From NCBI GenBank assembly GCA_965204735.1, contig OZ242008.1:2944001-3008000 (forward strand): a stretch of 64,000 bases of DNA. Reading direction: 5' to 3'. The stretch is from Longimicrobiales bacterium. GTDB lineage: Bacteria > Gemmatimonadota > Gemmatimonadetes > Longimicrobiales > Gaopeijiaceae. The notes under the pieces were generated by a model. That model made no database searches. It was not told where the DNA came from and was given only the letters and a program-made list of their open reading frames with translations. A program made the translations under genes and the position numbers. This document shows, in pieces, positions 8,441 to 18,395 of the stretch (position 1 is its first letter; the number at the start of each line of letters is the position of its first letter).

Positions 8441-11070
8441 GGGTGCGCTCCTTCGGGTTCCGCTGGCCGGGCGTCGGCTGCGGGCACGGCCGCCTTCATG
8501 CGGAAGGCGTCGCTGCTGGCCACGCCCAGGACGAAGGCGGACATGCGGTACCCTTCGGCTTCGGCCGACCGGGCAATGCGCCTCACCGTCGGCATGTCGT
8601 AGTGCTCCAGCCGCCGTCCGAGCGCGTAGGCCATGAGGTTTTCGGTAAAGGTGCGTACCAACGGCTCCGGCCGCTTGAGCAAAGCCGCGCGCAAGTCGCC
8701 GGGCGACGCGAGCGACGTCCCGTCGTAGAGCTCGCCGGCGGCGTCCACCGGCACGCCCTGGTCCTTGATCCGCCAAGCCCCCGCAACGTCGAAGTTCTCC
8801 AGCGCCAAGCCGATGGGATCGATCATCCGGTGACACGAGCTGCACGCGGGGTTCGACCTGTGCATCTCCATCCGCTCCCTGACGGTGAGGAAGCGCCCGT
8901 CCTCCACGGCCTCCTCTTCCAACTCGGGCACGTCGGGCGGGGGCGGAGGCGGAGGCGTCCCCAGCAGCACTTCCATGACCCACTTGCCCCGCAGGACGGG
9001 CGACGTGCGGCCCGCATGAGACGTAAGGGTGAGCACGCTCCCGTGGCCAAGGACGCCCCGCCGCTCCGGGTTGACGTACTGCACTTTGCGAAAGCGGCGG
9101 CCCGCCACGCCGGGGATGCCGTAGTGCCTGGCCAAGCGCTCGTCGGCAAAAGTGTAGTCCGCCGTGTACAGCTCCAGCAGGGGCCGGTCGTTGCGCACAA
9201 GGTGATCGAAGAAGAACTCGGTCTCCTTGCGCATCGAGCGCTTCAGCTGCTCGTCGAAGTCGGGCGCCACCCGCACGTCGGGCTGAATCTTCTCCAGGTC
9301 CTGCAACCGGAGCCATTGGGCGGCGAAGCGGGTCGAGAGCGCCGAGGCACGCTCGTCCCGAAGCATCCGGATCGCCTGCGCCCTCATCGCCGTCGGATCG
9401 GAAAGGCCGCCGTCCCGCGCCGCCGCCATCAGCTCGGCGTCGGGTCCCGTTCCCCACAAGAAGAAGGACAGCCTGGCCGCCAAGTCCACGTCGCCGATCG
9501 GGTAGGCGCGGACGGAGCCGGGACCGCCTGCGCTGGTCGATTGAGCCTCGCTGGACTCCTCCGCACCGGTCGGCTCCTCGAAGCGGAAGACGAAGTGGGG
9601 ACTGGCCAGAATCCCCTCCAGCGTGGTCCGCACGCCTTCCTCGAAACCGGCGTCCACGCCCGCAAAGGCGCTCCGCCCTTGGTCGTCCGCCGTGGCGGCC
9701 CCGGCATCGTAGAGGCGCATCAGACCGTCCACGTCCGCCTCGTCGAGGAAGCGGCGGTAGGCCTGCGTCGCAAGTCGAGAGACGATCTCGCGGGCGCACG
9801 GCCGCTCCTCGGAAGGCGACTCGGGGCGGCAAGAGAAGACCTTGGCGCGGCTCGGCGTGTCGGTCGCGCCGGACGGCTCGTAGGGGCCGCCGATCGCCAA
9901 GTCCCGCAGGTGCGGCAACGCCGTGAAGCCGTAGGAGCCGGCGATGCTCGTGCTGGCCAGCGACCACTCGTGGGGCGAGATCAGGTCCTGGACCGGCCCC
10001 TCCACCCGGCGCACGAACGCGGCCGCGACCCGGCGCGGTCCGCCTCGAACGTGCACCTGCCCGGTGCGCATGTTCACGCCGTCCGGGTCCGACGTGTGCA
10101 TCCAGCGGCCGACTTCCAGCAGCGCGACCGGCTCGCCGTCCACCGATATCTCGAGCCGCTCGGGGTTGTCGTCGTCCGTGTGCAGGGCGTTGCGCCCGTT
10201 GCCGTAGAGCGCGCCCGTGGTCTCGTGGTGGAAGGAGACGCGGAAGACGTACTTGCCGTCCGCCGGAAAGTTGTGCATCACGGCGACGCCGCCCCGGGTG
10301 CCGTAGGGCGCGCCCTCGACCCGCTCCGTCTGCGAATCCCAGCGGGACACACGGTAGGTGGCTTCGCTGGCCGTGACGTGAGGGTCGCCCAGCGCCAACC
10401 GGCTCACCTCGGCGGCGGCGCGCAGGTAGCCGTCCGCCAAGGTGGCGGAAAGGAGCTGCACGTCGGCGATGTTGTCGAAGTTGGCGCTCTTCGTGTCCAG
10501 CGGCAGGTAACTGCCCGCGTCGATCTCCAAGTCCAGCAGGTCGCGCACCGAGGCCGCGTACTCCGCCCGGTTGAGGCGCTGGAAGGTCCGCCGCCCCGGG
10601 TTCGGGCGTTCCTCGGCCGCCCGGTCCAGCTGCACCTCCAGCGAGGCCGCCAGCCCCGTCAGGACGCTCTCGTCGGGTCGTCGGGCGCCCGGCGGCGGCA
10701 TCATCCCCGCCCGCAGCTTGCGGATCATGCGTTCGGCGATTTCGGCGCTGGCCGTCGCGGCGTCCGCGTCGAACCGCTCCAGCGACATGCCGCCCAGCAG
10801 CCGACGGTCGTTGTGGCATCGAACGCAGTACTGCCGCACGACCTCGTTGTCGAGGGACCCTGCCCCGCTGGACGCCGGCCCGAGCCCGCCAGACGCCGAC
10901 CCTGCCCCGCTGGACACCGGCCCGAGCCCGCCGGACGCACCCTCGTTCCCGCCGGACGCCCCAGCGCCGTAGGCGGTTCCCATGCCGCCGCGGGAGGACG
11001 CCGGACCCTGGTGCGCAAGCGCACCGACGGCCAGACCAGCTCCCACCAGCACGACGGCGAGCTTGCTCAT
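8437..11070 (-). CDS. DUF1587/1592/1588/1585-family diheme c-type cytochrome protein (module copy 1)
   Basis: Signal peptide, CVRCH...MMPP, RLNRAEY, RLSFFLW, TSPVLRGKWV, CSSCH..IDPIG, YALGR. Confidence 0.9.
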   Translation of the reverse strand: MSKLAVVLVGAGLAVGALAHQGPASSRGGMGTAYGAGASGGNEGASGGLGPVSSGAGSASGGLGPASSGAGSLDNEVVRQYCVRCHNDRRLLGGMSLERFDADAATASAEIAERMIRKLRAGMMPPPGARRPDESVLTGLAASLEVQLDRAAEERPNPGRRTFQRLNRAEYAASVRDLLDLEIDAGSYLPLDTKSANFDNIADVQLLSATLADGYLRAAAEVSRLALGDPHVTASEATYRVSRWDSQTERVEGAPYGTRGGVAVMHNFPADGKYVFRVSFHHETTGALYGNGRNALHTDDDNPERLEISVDGEPVALLEVGRWMHTSDPDGVNMRTGQVHVRGGPRRVAAAFVRRVEGPVQDLISPHEWSLASTSIAGSYGFTALPHLRDLAIGGPYEPSGATDTPSRAKVFSCRPESPSEERPCAREIVSRLATQAYRRFLDEADVDGLMRLYDAGAATADDQGRSAFAGVDAGFEEGVRTTLEGILASPHFVFRFEEPTGAEESSEAQSTSAGGPGSVRAYPIGDVDLAARLSFFLWGTGPDAELMAAARDGGLSDPTAMRAQAIRMLRDERASALSTRFAAQWLRLQDLEKIQPDVRVAPDFDEQLKRSMRKETEFFFDHLVRNDRPLLELYTADYTFADERLARHYGIPGVAGRRFRKVQYVNPERRGVLGHGSVLTLTSHAGRTSPVLRGKWVMEVLLGTPPPPPPPDVPELEEEAVEDGRFLTVRERMEMHRSNPACSSCHRMIDPIGLALENFDVAGAWRIKDQGVPVDAAGELYDGTSLASPGDLRAALLKRPEPLVRTFTENLMAYALGRRLEHYDMPTVRRIARSAEAEGYRMSAFVLGVASSDAFRMKAAVPAADARPAEPEGAHP

Positions 11071-11089
11071 GGCCTCTGCCGGCGCCCGT

Positions 11090-12979
11090 CTAGCAGGAGA
11101 CGCAGTTGTGGTTGTTGAAGGCCCCCAGCCTCTCCAGCAGAGCCACGGTATCGGGAAAAGGCTGGATGCGCTGGACCGGACCGTTGGCCATGTCCACGGT
11201 CGTCTGGCCGCGACGGCTCACGACCGTGACGTCGGCGCCCTGCTCCACCAAGTAGAGGATCAGTTCGTTGTCGCCCCGGGCCGCTGCGTGGTGAAGAGGG
11301 CTGTAGCCTTCGTGATCGCGCGCGTCGACGTCGGCGTCCAGCTCCTCGACCAAGTACCGAACCGCCGGCAGCCAGCCGTCCGGAACGTGGCGGTGCGCGT
11401 TGGCGGCAAAGCCTTGGCCGTACCCGACGCCCGACGCCGCGTGGATGGGGTGGACCGCCGGACCCCCGACGGGAACGGGAGGCAGCCCCGAGTGGTCGGC
11501 TTCCTCGCCCCCCCTCGAGTAGCGCCGAGACGGCACCTTCACGGTGGGGACCAACGGGTCAGCGCCGTACGCCACCAGGAGCCGCATCGCCTCCACGTCC
11601 AGCGCGTAGGCCGCTCGCCAGAAGGGAGAGGCGCCCTTCGCATCGATCTGCAGCAGGTCGAAGTTGAACGACATGAACCAGAGGTGCTTGGTCAGCCGCG
11701 CATTGGGATCGGCGCCGGCGTCCAGCAGCTTGCGCATCACGTCCAGGTAGGTGTGGTCCTGCTGCATGTAGACGTGCTGCTGGGGGTAGCGCGACTTCGG
11801 CGCCCAGTGAGTGTTGAGCGCGGCGAAGAGGGGCGTGGCGCCCGCACGGCTCGCGACGTTGGGGTCCGCGCCGCGGTCCAGAAGGTCCACGGCCATGTCG
11901 AAGTGGCCGTTGATCAGCGCCATGAGCATGGGGCTGGTGCCGTCGCCGTCGCCGGTCTGGTCGATCTCCGCGCCGCCGTCCAGCAGCGCCCGAACCGTCT
12001 CGTCGTGCCCTTCCCGGGCGGCGTGCAGAAGCGCCGTAAGCCCCCCGTGGCCGCCGACGAGCTCGCCGTAGGAAAGGGGCTCCGGCTCCTCGATCATGCG
12101 CGTCTGGCCCTCTTCCCGCGACGCCGCCTCCGCCAGGGCGCGCCGCGCCTCCGACTGCTGCCGCTCGGCCGCCTCCTGCCGCCGGGCCGCTTCTGCTTCC
12201 CGGCGCGCGGCCTCGGCCGACCTCGGGTCCCACGTCTCCCCCGCCTTGAGGCGCTTGTTTCGCTCGGCGCGCTCGATCCGGTCGGCGACGGCCCGCTCGG
12301 CCACGTCGATCACCTTCGTGGTTGCCGACGGATCCGCGCCCGCCGCCAGCAGTAGGCGCGCCGCTTCCGTCCTGCCAGCCGACGCCGCAAAGACCAGAGG
12401 CGTCTGGCCCCATGCCGTCTCGGCGGCGTTCGGGTCCGCCCCGGCGGCGAGCAGCGCCTCCACCGTTCGCTCGTCCCCCGCTTGCGCCGCGAAGTGGATG
12501 GGCCGGGCGCCGCCCGTCTCCCGGGTGGCCGCGCCCGGATCGGCGCCGGCAGCCAGCAGCAGCTCCGCCACCGCGCCAGCACCGGCCTGCGCAGCCAAGT
12601 GAAGCGGCGTGTAGAGCCCGATTCTGGTCCCCGCGCCCACATCCGCCCCCGCCGCCAGCAGGAAGCGCGCCAGCGCGGCGTCCCGGTTGCGGGCTGCCCA
12701 GTGGAGCGCCGTCATGCCGTCGCCTTGGGCTTGATTCACGTCCTTCCCTTGGGCGACCAGCGACCGAGCGACGTCGCCGTCCGCCCGCATGGCCGCGTCG
12801 GCGACGGGCGAATCGGGGACGGCGGAGGCCGGCGCGTCGGTCCGCGAGGTCGGCTGCTGGAGAGCCGACGCCGATTGGGCCCCAGGAGCCGTCCAAGGCG
12901 CAAAGGCGACCAGCGCCGCCGCCAGCACCGCGCTCCAGACGACGGTTCTGCGCCGCACCACGGTCCTGCACCGCACCAT
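11090..12979 (-). CDS. Exported ankyrin-repeat protein (module copy 2)
   Basis: Start placed at ATG 12979, just after the DUF1552 stop. Ankyrin motifs, C-terminal NNHNCVSC, paralog of 4786-7029. Confidence 0.88.
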   Translation of the reverse strand: MVRCRTVVRRRTVVWSAVLAAALVAFAPWTAPGAQSASALQQPTSRTDAPASAVPDSPVADAAMRADGDVARSLVAQGKDVNQAQGDGMTALHWAARNRDAALARFLLAAGADVGAGTRIGLYTPLHLAAQAGAGAVAELLLAAGADPGAATRETGGARPIHFAAQAGDERTVEALLAAGADPNAAETAWGQTPLVFAASAGRTEAARLLLAAGADPSATTKVIDVAERAVADRIERAERNKRLKAGETWDPRSAEAARREAEAARRQEAAERQQSEARRALAEAASREEGQTRMIEEPEPLSYGELVGGHGGLTALLHAAREGHDETVRALLDGGAEIDQTGDGDGTSPMLMALINGHFDMAVDLLDRGADPNVASRAGATPLFAALNTHWAPKSRYPQQHVYMQQDHTYLDVMRKLLDAGADPNARLTKHLWFMSFNFDLLQIDAKGASPFWRAAYALDVEAMRLLVAYGADPLVPTVKVPSRRYSRGGEEADHSGLPPVPVGGPAVHPIHAASGVGYGQGFAANAHRHVPDGWLPAVRYLVEELDADVDARDHEGYSPLHHAAARGDNELILYLVEQGADVTVVSRRGQTTVDMANGPVQRIQPFPDTVALLERLGAFNNHNCVSC

Positions 12980-12983
12980 GGTC

Positions 12984-14375
12984 CTACACCGCCAGCGAGA
13001 AGTCGCCGGTGCTGTTGCCGAAGCGCTCCATGTCGTCCATCCCCAGCTTGTGCGCCAGCGAGAGCATGACGTTGGCCATCGGCGTCCCCGGGGCCGCGCG
13101 CAGGTGCATGCCGCCCTCCAGCGCGCCGTTGGCCTTGCCTGCGACAAAGAGGGGGCAGCGCTTGTGGTTGTGCACGTTCGGGTCGCCCATCGGCGAGCCG
13201 TAGACGATCATCGTGCGCTCCAGCAGGTCCGCGTCGCCGTCCATGGTCTCCCGCAGCCGGTCGAAGAAGTACGTCAGCTGCCCCACATGGTAGCGGTTGA
13301 TCTGCGCGAAGTCGGTGATGTTCCCTTCGTTGCCGCCGTGGTGGGACGCCGGGTGGAAGGGCTTGTCCACGCCGCTCTCCGGGAAGACCCGAGCCGAGGA
13401 GTCCCGTCCCATCTTGAAGGAGAAGACCCGCGTCGCGTCGGACGCGAAGGCCAGGGCCTGCAGGTCGAACATGAGGCGCACGTGCTCCTCGAAGGAGTCC
13501 GGCACGCCGGCAGGAGCCTCGGGCAGCTCCCTTCCCTCGCCGCTGGCGTTCCGGGCCTCGACGGTCTCGATGCGACGCTCCAGCTCCCGCACGTTCTCCA
13601 TGTAGCGGTCGAGGCGGAGCAGGTCCGCCGGCCCCAGCGTCCGCTTCAGCTGGGCGACCCGCCCCGCGATGAAGTCCAGGATGCTGCGGTTGGCCATGCG
13701 TCGCGCGGCCCGCTCCTCCGGTGAACCGCCGGCCCCGAAGATCTGGTCGAAGGCGACCCGCGGATCCCGCACCATCGGCAGCGGCTCGGTGGGCGACGCC
13801 CAGCTGATGGTATCGGTGTAGACGCAGGCGTATCCGTAGGCGCACCCGCCGGACTGGTCCACGTTCTCGATGCAGAGCTGCATCGACGGAATCGGCGTGT
13901 CCTGTCCGAACCTCTTGGCGAACATCTGGTCGAGCGACGTGCCGACGAAGATGTCGGAGCCTTCGGTCTGGCGCGGGTGGGACTGGGTGAGGAAGGTGGC
14001 GCTGGAGCGGAAGTGGTCGCCGCCGATCTCCTTGGGCTTCTTCGCCTCCGCCGGCTCCACGTCGGTGTCGCTGACGATCGTCAGGTAGTCGCGGTACGGC
14101 TCCAGGGGGCTCAAGGCGCTGGGCGACAGGTCGAAGCCTCTGCCCGTCTCCGCGGGCGACCAGTAGTTCCGCGTGGCGCCCCACTCGTTGCTGCCCGCTG
14201 CCCCGTGGACCATCTCGATGGCCACCAGTCGGGTAGGCCCGCTCGCCGCCGAAGCCGCCTGCGACGCCCGCAGCCCCGCGGGAACCATGGCGTCGAGGAA
14301 CGGCAGCGACACCGTGGCCCCCAGACCCCGCAGGAAGGTGCGCCGAGGAATGCTGGTTCCGGTGATCAGGTGCAT
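12984..14375 (-). CDS. DUF1552-family protein with twin-arginine-like signal (module copy 2)
   Basis: AGGAGGT ribosome-binding site before ATG 14375. PRRTFLRG and the same motifs as copy 1. Confidence 0.9.
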   Translation of the reverse strand: MHLITGTSIPRRTFLRGLGATVSLPFLDAMVPAGLRASQAASAASGPTRLVAIEMVHGAAGSNEWGATRNYWSPAETGRGFDLSPSALSPLEPYRDYLTIVSDTDVEPAEAKKPKEIGGDHFRSSATFLTQSHPRQTEGSDIFVGTSLDQMFAKRFGQDTPIPSMQLCIENVDQSGGCAYGYACVYTDTISWASPTEPLPMVRDPRVAFDQIFGAGGSPEERAARRMANRSILDFIAGRVAQLKRTLGPADLLRLDRYMENVRELERRIETVEARNASGEGRELPEAPAGVPDSFEEHVRLMFDLQALAFASDATRVFSFKMGRDSSARVFPESGVDKPFHPASHHGGNEGNITDFAQINRYHVGQLTYFFDRLRETMDGDADLLERTMIVYGSPMGDPNVHNHKRCPLFVAGKANGALEGGMHLRAAPGTPMANVMLSLAHKLGMDDMERFGNSTGDFSLAV

Positions 14376-14543
14376 GGATCGTGACCTCCTGGTCGTGCGG
14401 CCGCCGGGCGGGCCGGCTGCCATGGCCGGGCACGCGACGAAGGGCGACCGATCTTCGGCGGCCGTGGCCACGACCGCGACGGGACTGCATCCAAGTAGGA
14501 ATGTACCGAGCCCTGTCGGGACCCGCCAGCAACTCCGCTGCTG

Positions 14544-17048
14544 CTACATCCCGGCCTGCTCGTCCTCCACCGCCGCAGGCGCCATCGCCATTCGGAAGGG
14601 CGCGCTGCGGGCCACTTCCTTCACGAAGGCGGCCAGCTTGTACTCCTCGGCGCGGGCGGCGCGGGCAATCTGACGGACGGCGGGCATGTCGTGGTACTCG
14701 ACCCGGCGCCCCAGGGCATAGGCCAGCAGGTTTTCGGTGAAGGAGCGCGCCAGCGGCTCGGGACGGCGCAGCAGCGCACTCCGCAGGTCGTCGGGACCGC
14801 CGATGGGAGTGCCGTCGTAGAGCTCGCCTGCAGTCTCCACCGGAACGCCCTTGTCCCTGATCCGCCAAACCCCCGTCACGTCGAAGTTTTCCAGCGCGAG
14901 GCCGATGGGGTCGATCACACGGTGGCAAGAGTTGCACGCGGGGTTGGCGCGGTGCTCCTCCATCCGCTCCCGCACGGTCAGAAAGCGGCCTTCCGTGGCC
15001 TCGGCCGTGGCGTCCAGCTCCGGGACGTCGGGCGGCGGGGGCGGCGGAGGGCTCCCCAGCAGCACTTCCATCACCCACTTGCCCCGGAGCACTGGAGACG
15101 TGCGGTTGGCGTGGGAGGTGAGGGTGAGGATGCTGCCGTGGCCCAGGACGCCCCGGCGCGCGGCGTCGACGTGCTCGACCTTGCGGAAGTGGTCTCCTGC
15201 CACGCCGGGCACGCCGTAGTGGCGAGCCAGCCGCTCGTTCATGTACGAGTAGTCGGCGGTCAGGAAGTCCACCAGCGTTCCGTCTTCCTGCACGAGGGCG
15301 TTGAAGAACGTCTCGGTCTCCCGGCGCATGTCGTGCGCCAGCTGCTCGTAGAAGTCGGGGTAGCGGAGGGCGTCGGGATGGACCTTGTCCAGGTCCTGCA
15401 GCCGCAGCCACTGGGATGCGAAGCGGGTGCCCAGCGCCTCGGCGCGGGGGTCGGCCAGCATCCGTTCAAGTTGAGCGTCGAAGGATTGCGGGTCCGACAG
15501 CCGGCCGTCGGCGGCCGCCTCGACCAGCTCGGCGTCGGGCGGCCGTCCCCACAGGAAGAACGACAACCGGGTCGCCAGCCCCAGGCCGTCCACCGGATAG
15601 GCTTCTCCAGCCCGAACGCCCGGCGCGGGCTTCTCGAAGCGGAACACGAAGTCGGGACTCGCCAGGACGCCCTGGAGCACCGTGCGCACGCCGACGTGGA
15701 AGCCTCCCTGCTCCGCGCCCAGGTCGAAGAGCTCCATGAGACGGTCGATCTCGGGCTCCGAGACCGGACGGCGGAAGGCCCGCGTCGCCAATCTGCTCGC
15801 GATCTCGCGGGCGCAGGCGAGCGCTTCTCCAGGGACCGTCGCGGGGGGCGTCGCACCGGCAACCACCGGACCCGACGACGCTCCAGACGGCGACGACCCG
15901 CCGTCGGCCGCTTCGGGCCCGCAAGTCGCGACTCGCTCCCACGCTGGGGTCCGGGAGACGCCGGTCACGTTGTACGGCCCGCCGATCGTCATGTCCCGGA
16001 GGTGGGCCAAGCCCGTGATTCCGTACGAGTAGCCGATCTTCTTGTCGGCCAGCGACCAGCCGTGGGGCGAGGTCAAGTCCTCCACCGGCCCTTCCGCCGC
16101 CTTGAGGAACGCCGCCGACACGCGATGCGGCCCCGCCGAGACGCGGATCGGGTCGGTGACGACTTCGACGCCCATGGGGTCCTGGCGGTGCATCCAGCGG
16201 TCCAGAGGGATCAGGGCGACTCGGGCGCCGTCGATCGACACTTCCACGTGCTCGTCGAAGGGGGCCGTCTGGCCGAAGAAGTTGCCGGTGGACTCGTGCT
16301 GGAAGGCCAAGCGGAAGTAGTACTCGCCGTCGGCCACGAAGTTGTGCACGATCGAGATGCCGCCCCGGGTGCCGATCGGCGCGCCTGGGACGTGCCGACG
16401 CTGCTCGGCGTAGCGCGAGACCTCGTAGGTGGACTCGGACGGCGTGGCGGAGGCGTCTCCCAGCGCCAGCCGGCTGACCTCGCTGGCCGCGGTCAGGTAC
16501 GCCTCCAGCAAGGTGGCCGAGACGTTCTGCACGTCGGCGATGTTGTCGAACCCGGCGCTTATGGTCTCGCCCGGCAAGTAGGCGGCGGCGTCGATCTCGA
16601 TCCCCAGCAGGTCGTGGACAGCCCGCTCGTACTCGGCTCGGTTGAGGCGTTGGAAGGTGCGGTTCCCCGGGTTGGGGCTGCCGGCCGCGGCGTCGTCGAT
16701 GGCGTCCTCCATGGAGGCGGCCAGCCCCTGGAGGACTTGGGAGTCGGGCCGACGGGCCCCCGGCGGCGGCATCATTCCCGCCCGGAGCTTGCGGATCATC
16801 TTCTCCGCCACGACCACGTCGGCCACGGGGTCGGCGGCGTCGAACTCCTCCAGCGACAAGTTGCCGATCAGCCGTCTCTCGTTGTGGCAGCGGACGCAGT
16901 ACTGCTCCACGACCTCGTTGTCGCCGGCGGCGGCGGGGCTGGACCCCGGACCCGGCGGCAAGAGCGACGGCGACGGCGAGGAAGCCACCGAAGCGAAGCT
17001 CAGGCTCGCGACCGCTGCCGCGGCCAGGGCGACGGTCACTCTGGTCAT
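14544..17048 (-). CDS. DUF1592-family diheme c-type cytochrome protein (module copy 2)
   Basis: Signal peptide MTRVTVALAAAAVA, CVRCH and CNSCH, paralog of 8437-11070. Confidence 0.9.
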   Translation of the reverse strand: MTRVTVALAAAAVASLSFASVASSPSPSLLPPGPGSSPAAAGDNEVVEQYCVRCHNERRLIGNLSLEEFDAADPVADVVVAEKMIRKLRAGMMPPPGARRPDSQVLQGLAASMEDAIDDAAAGSPNPGNRTFQRLNRAEYERAVHDLLGIEIDAAAYLPGETISAGFDNIADVQNVSATLLEAYLTAASEVSRLALGDASATPSESTYEVSRYAEQRRHVPGAPIGTRGGISIVHNFVADGEYYFRLAFQHESTGNFFGQTAPFDEHVEVSIDGARVALIPLDRWMHRQDPMGVEVVTDPIRVSAGPHRVSAAFLKAAEGPVEDLTSPHGWSLADKKIGYSYGITGLAHLRDMTIGGPYNVTGVSRTPAWERVATCGPEAADGGSSPSGASSGPVVAGATPPATVPGEALACAREIASRLATRAFRRPVSEPEIDRLMELFDLGAEQGGFHVGVRTVLQGVLASPDFVFRFEKPAPGVRAGEAYPVDGLGLATRLSFFLWGRPPDAELVEAAADGRLSDPQSFDAQLERMLADPRAEALGTRFASQWLRLQDLDKVHPDALRYPDFYEQLAHDMRRETETFFNALVQEDGTLVDFLTADYSYMNERLARHYGVPGVAGDHFRKVEHVDAARRGVLGHGSILTLTSHANRTSPVLRGKWVMEVLLGSPPPPPPPDVPELDATAEATEGRFLTVRERMEEHRANPACNSCHRVIDPIGLALENFDVTGVWRIRDKGVPVETAGELYDGTPIGGPDDLRSALLRRPEPLARSFTENLLAYALGRRVEYHDMPAVRQIARAARAEEYKLAAFVKEVARSAPFRMAMAPAAVEDEQAGM

Positions 17049-17157
17049 GCTGCGGTTCTCCGGCTCGCGGGGCTTGGGCGCGACGGAGACGCCGACCAGC
17101 AGGACGGCCTCCACGTCGAGATCATCGGCCCGCCGCCGTCAGGTCGGCCGCCCGCGA

Positions 17158-17367
17158 TCAGAGGATGATGGCCAGAGGAAGCAGGACCACGTACCCCAGC
17201 ACCAGAAGCACCGGCGCCAGCGAGATCGAGCCCTGTCCCAGCAGGTAGTACCCCGCCGCGATGACGGCCAAGCCCCCCAGGGCAATCCAAAGGTTGGTCG
17301 GGGAAAGCTCCAAGGACGGTCGGAGCTGGGAACCCTTCCTCGCTCTCGAACTCTTCTTCGCGCTCAT
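17158..17367 (-). CDS. Small two-TM membrane protein (DUF3098-like)
   Basis: 69 aa, basic N-terminus, two hydrophobic helices, SLAPVLLVLGY. Confidence 0.7.
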   Translation of the reverse strand: MSAKKSSRARKGSQLRPSLELSPTNLWIALGGLAVIAAGYYLLGQGSISLAPVLLVLGYVVLLPLAIIL

Positions 17368-17425
17368 GGATGGACGCTAACCCAGACGACCGGGGGGAGT
17401 CAACCTGGCCATCGAGGCCTGGCCG

Positions 17426-18391
17426 TCAAGGCGCCTCGAGGCGGGCCCACTCCCGGGCCGCCTCCAGCTCCGGGGGCAGGGGCGCCTCGAACCGCATCGG
17501 CGCGCCCGTCGCCGGGTGGACGAACGAGAGCCGGGCGGCGTGGAGGAAGTGGCGCGGGGTGCGCCGGGCCAGGCCGTCGGCCCAGCGGCCGGCCTCGCCG
17601 GAGAAGCCCCGCTCCCTCCCTGCGCCGTAGACGCCGTCCCCCACCACCGGGCGGCCCATCGCGGCGGCGTGAACCCGGATTTGGTGCGTGCGCCCGGTCG
17701 CGAGCTCGGCCTCGCAGAGGCAGGCCGCCCGCCAACTCTCCAGGAGACGGAATCGGGTGCGGGCCGGACGTCCCCCTTCCACCACCGCCATGCGGGTGCG
17801 GTCTCTCGGGTGGCGGCCGATCGGACGGTCCACCACCAGGGGAGACTCGGCCAGTCGGCCCCACAGCGCCGCCAAGTAGGCACGCCCGACCGTGCGCGCC
17901 TTCAGCGCCTCGGAGAGGCCTTGGTGGGCCAAGTCGGTCTTGGCCGCGACGATCAGGCCCGACGTGTCCCGGTCCAGCCGGTGCACGATCCCCGGTCGAA
18001 GCCGACCGCCGATCCCCGACAGGTCTCCCACGTGATGCAGCAGGGCGTTGACCAGGGTCCCGTCGGGGTGACCCGGCGCCGGGTGCACGACGAGCCCGGC
18101 CTGCTTGTTCACCACGACGAGATGGCGGTCCTGATGCACGATCTCCAGCGGAAGGTCCTGGGCCTGCGCCCTGGAAGGCGCCGGAGGCGGCACCGTCGCC
18201 TCGACCTCCTGTCCGGGCGCCACCTGGTCCGACTTCTTGGCGCGGCGGCCGTCGACAAGAACATGGCCCGCGACGATCAGCGACGCGGCTCGGCTTCGCG
18301 AGAGGCTCAGGTGGTCCGCCACGTAGGAATCGATCCGGCCGCCGGCGTCGCCGCCGGCGGTCCACCGATGCAGGGAACCCGCCCCCGCCAC
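17426..18391 (-). CDS. rluD: RluA-family 23S rRNA pseudouridine synthase
   Basis: S4 domain, NKQAGLVVHP, GIVHRLDRDTSG, TGRTHQIRVH, LHA. Confidence 0.92.
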   Translation of the reverse strand: MAGAGSLHRWTAGGDAGGRIDSYVADHLSLSRSRAASLIVAGHVLVDGRRAKKSDQVAPGQEVEATVPPPAPSRAQAQDLPLEIVHQDRHLVVVNKQAGLVVHPAPGHPDGTLVNALLHHVGDLSGIGGRLRPGIVHRLDRDTSGLIVAAKTDLAHQGLSEALKARTVGRAYLAALWGRLAESPLVVDRPIGRHPRDRTRMAVVEGGRPARTRFRLLESWRAACLCEAELATGRTHQIRVHAAAMGRPVVGDGVYGAGRERGFSGEAGRWADGLARRTPRHFLHAARLSFVHPATGAPMRFEAPLPPELEAAREWARLEAP

Positions 18392-18395
18392 GCGC

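Noticed and set aside
7046..10819. 1257-aa ORF as a fusion protein
   Set aside because: Only the last 464 aa are DUF1552; the rest is an alternative frame over DUF1592. The same applies to the extended track ORFs for trmD, rpsP, purA, trpS, the MBL hydrolase and the S9 peptidase.
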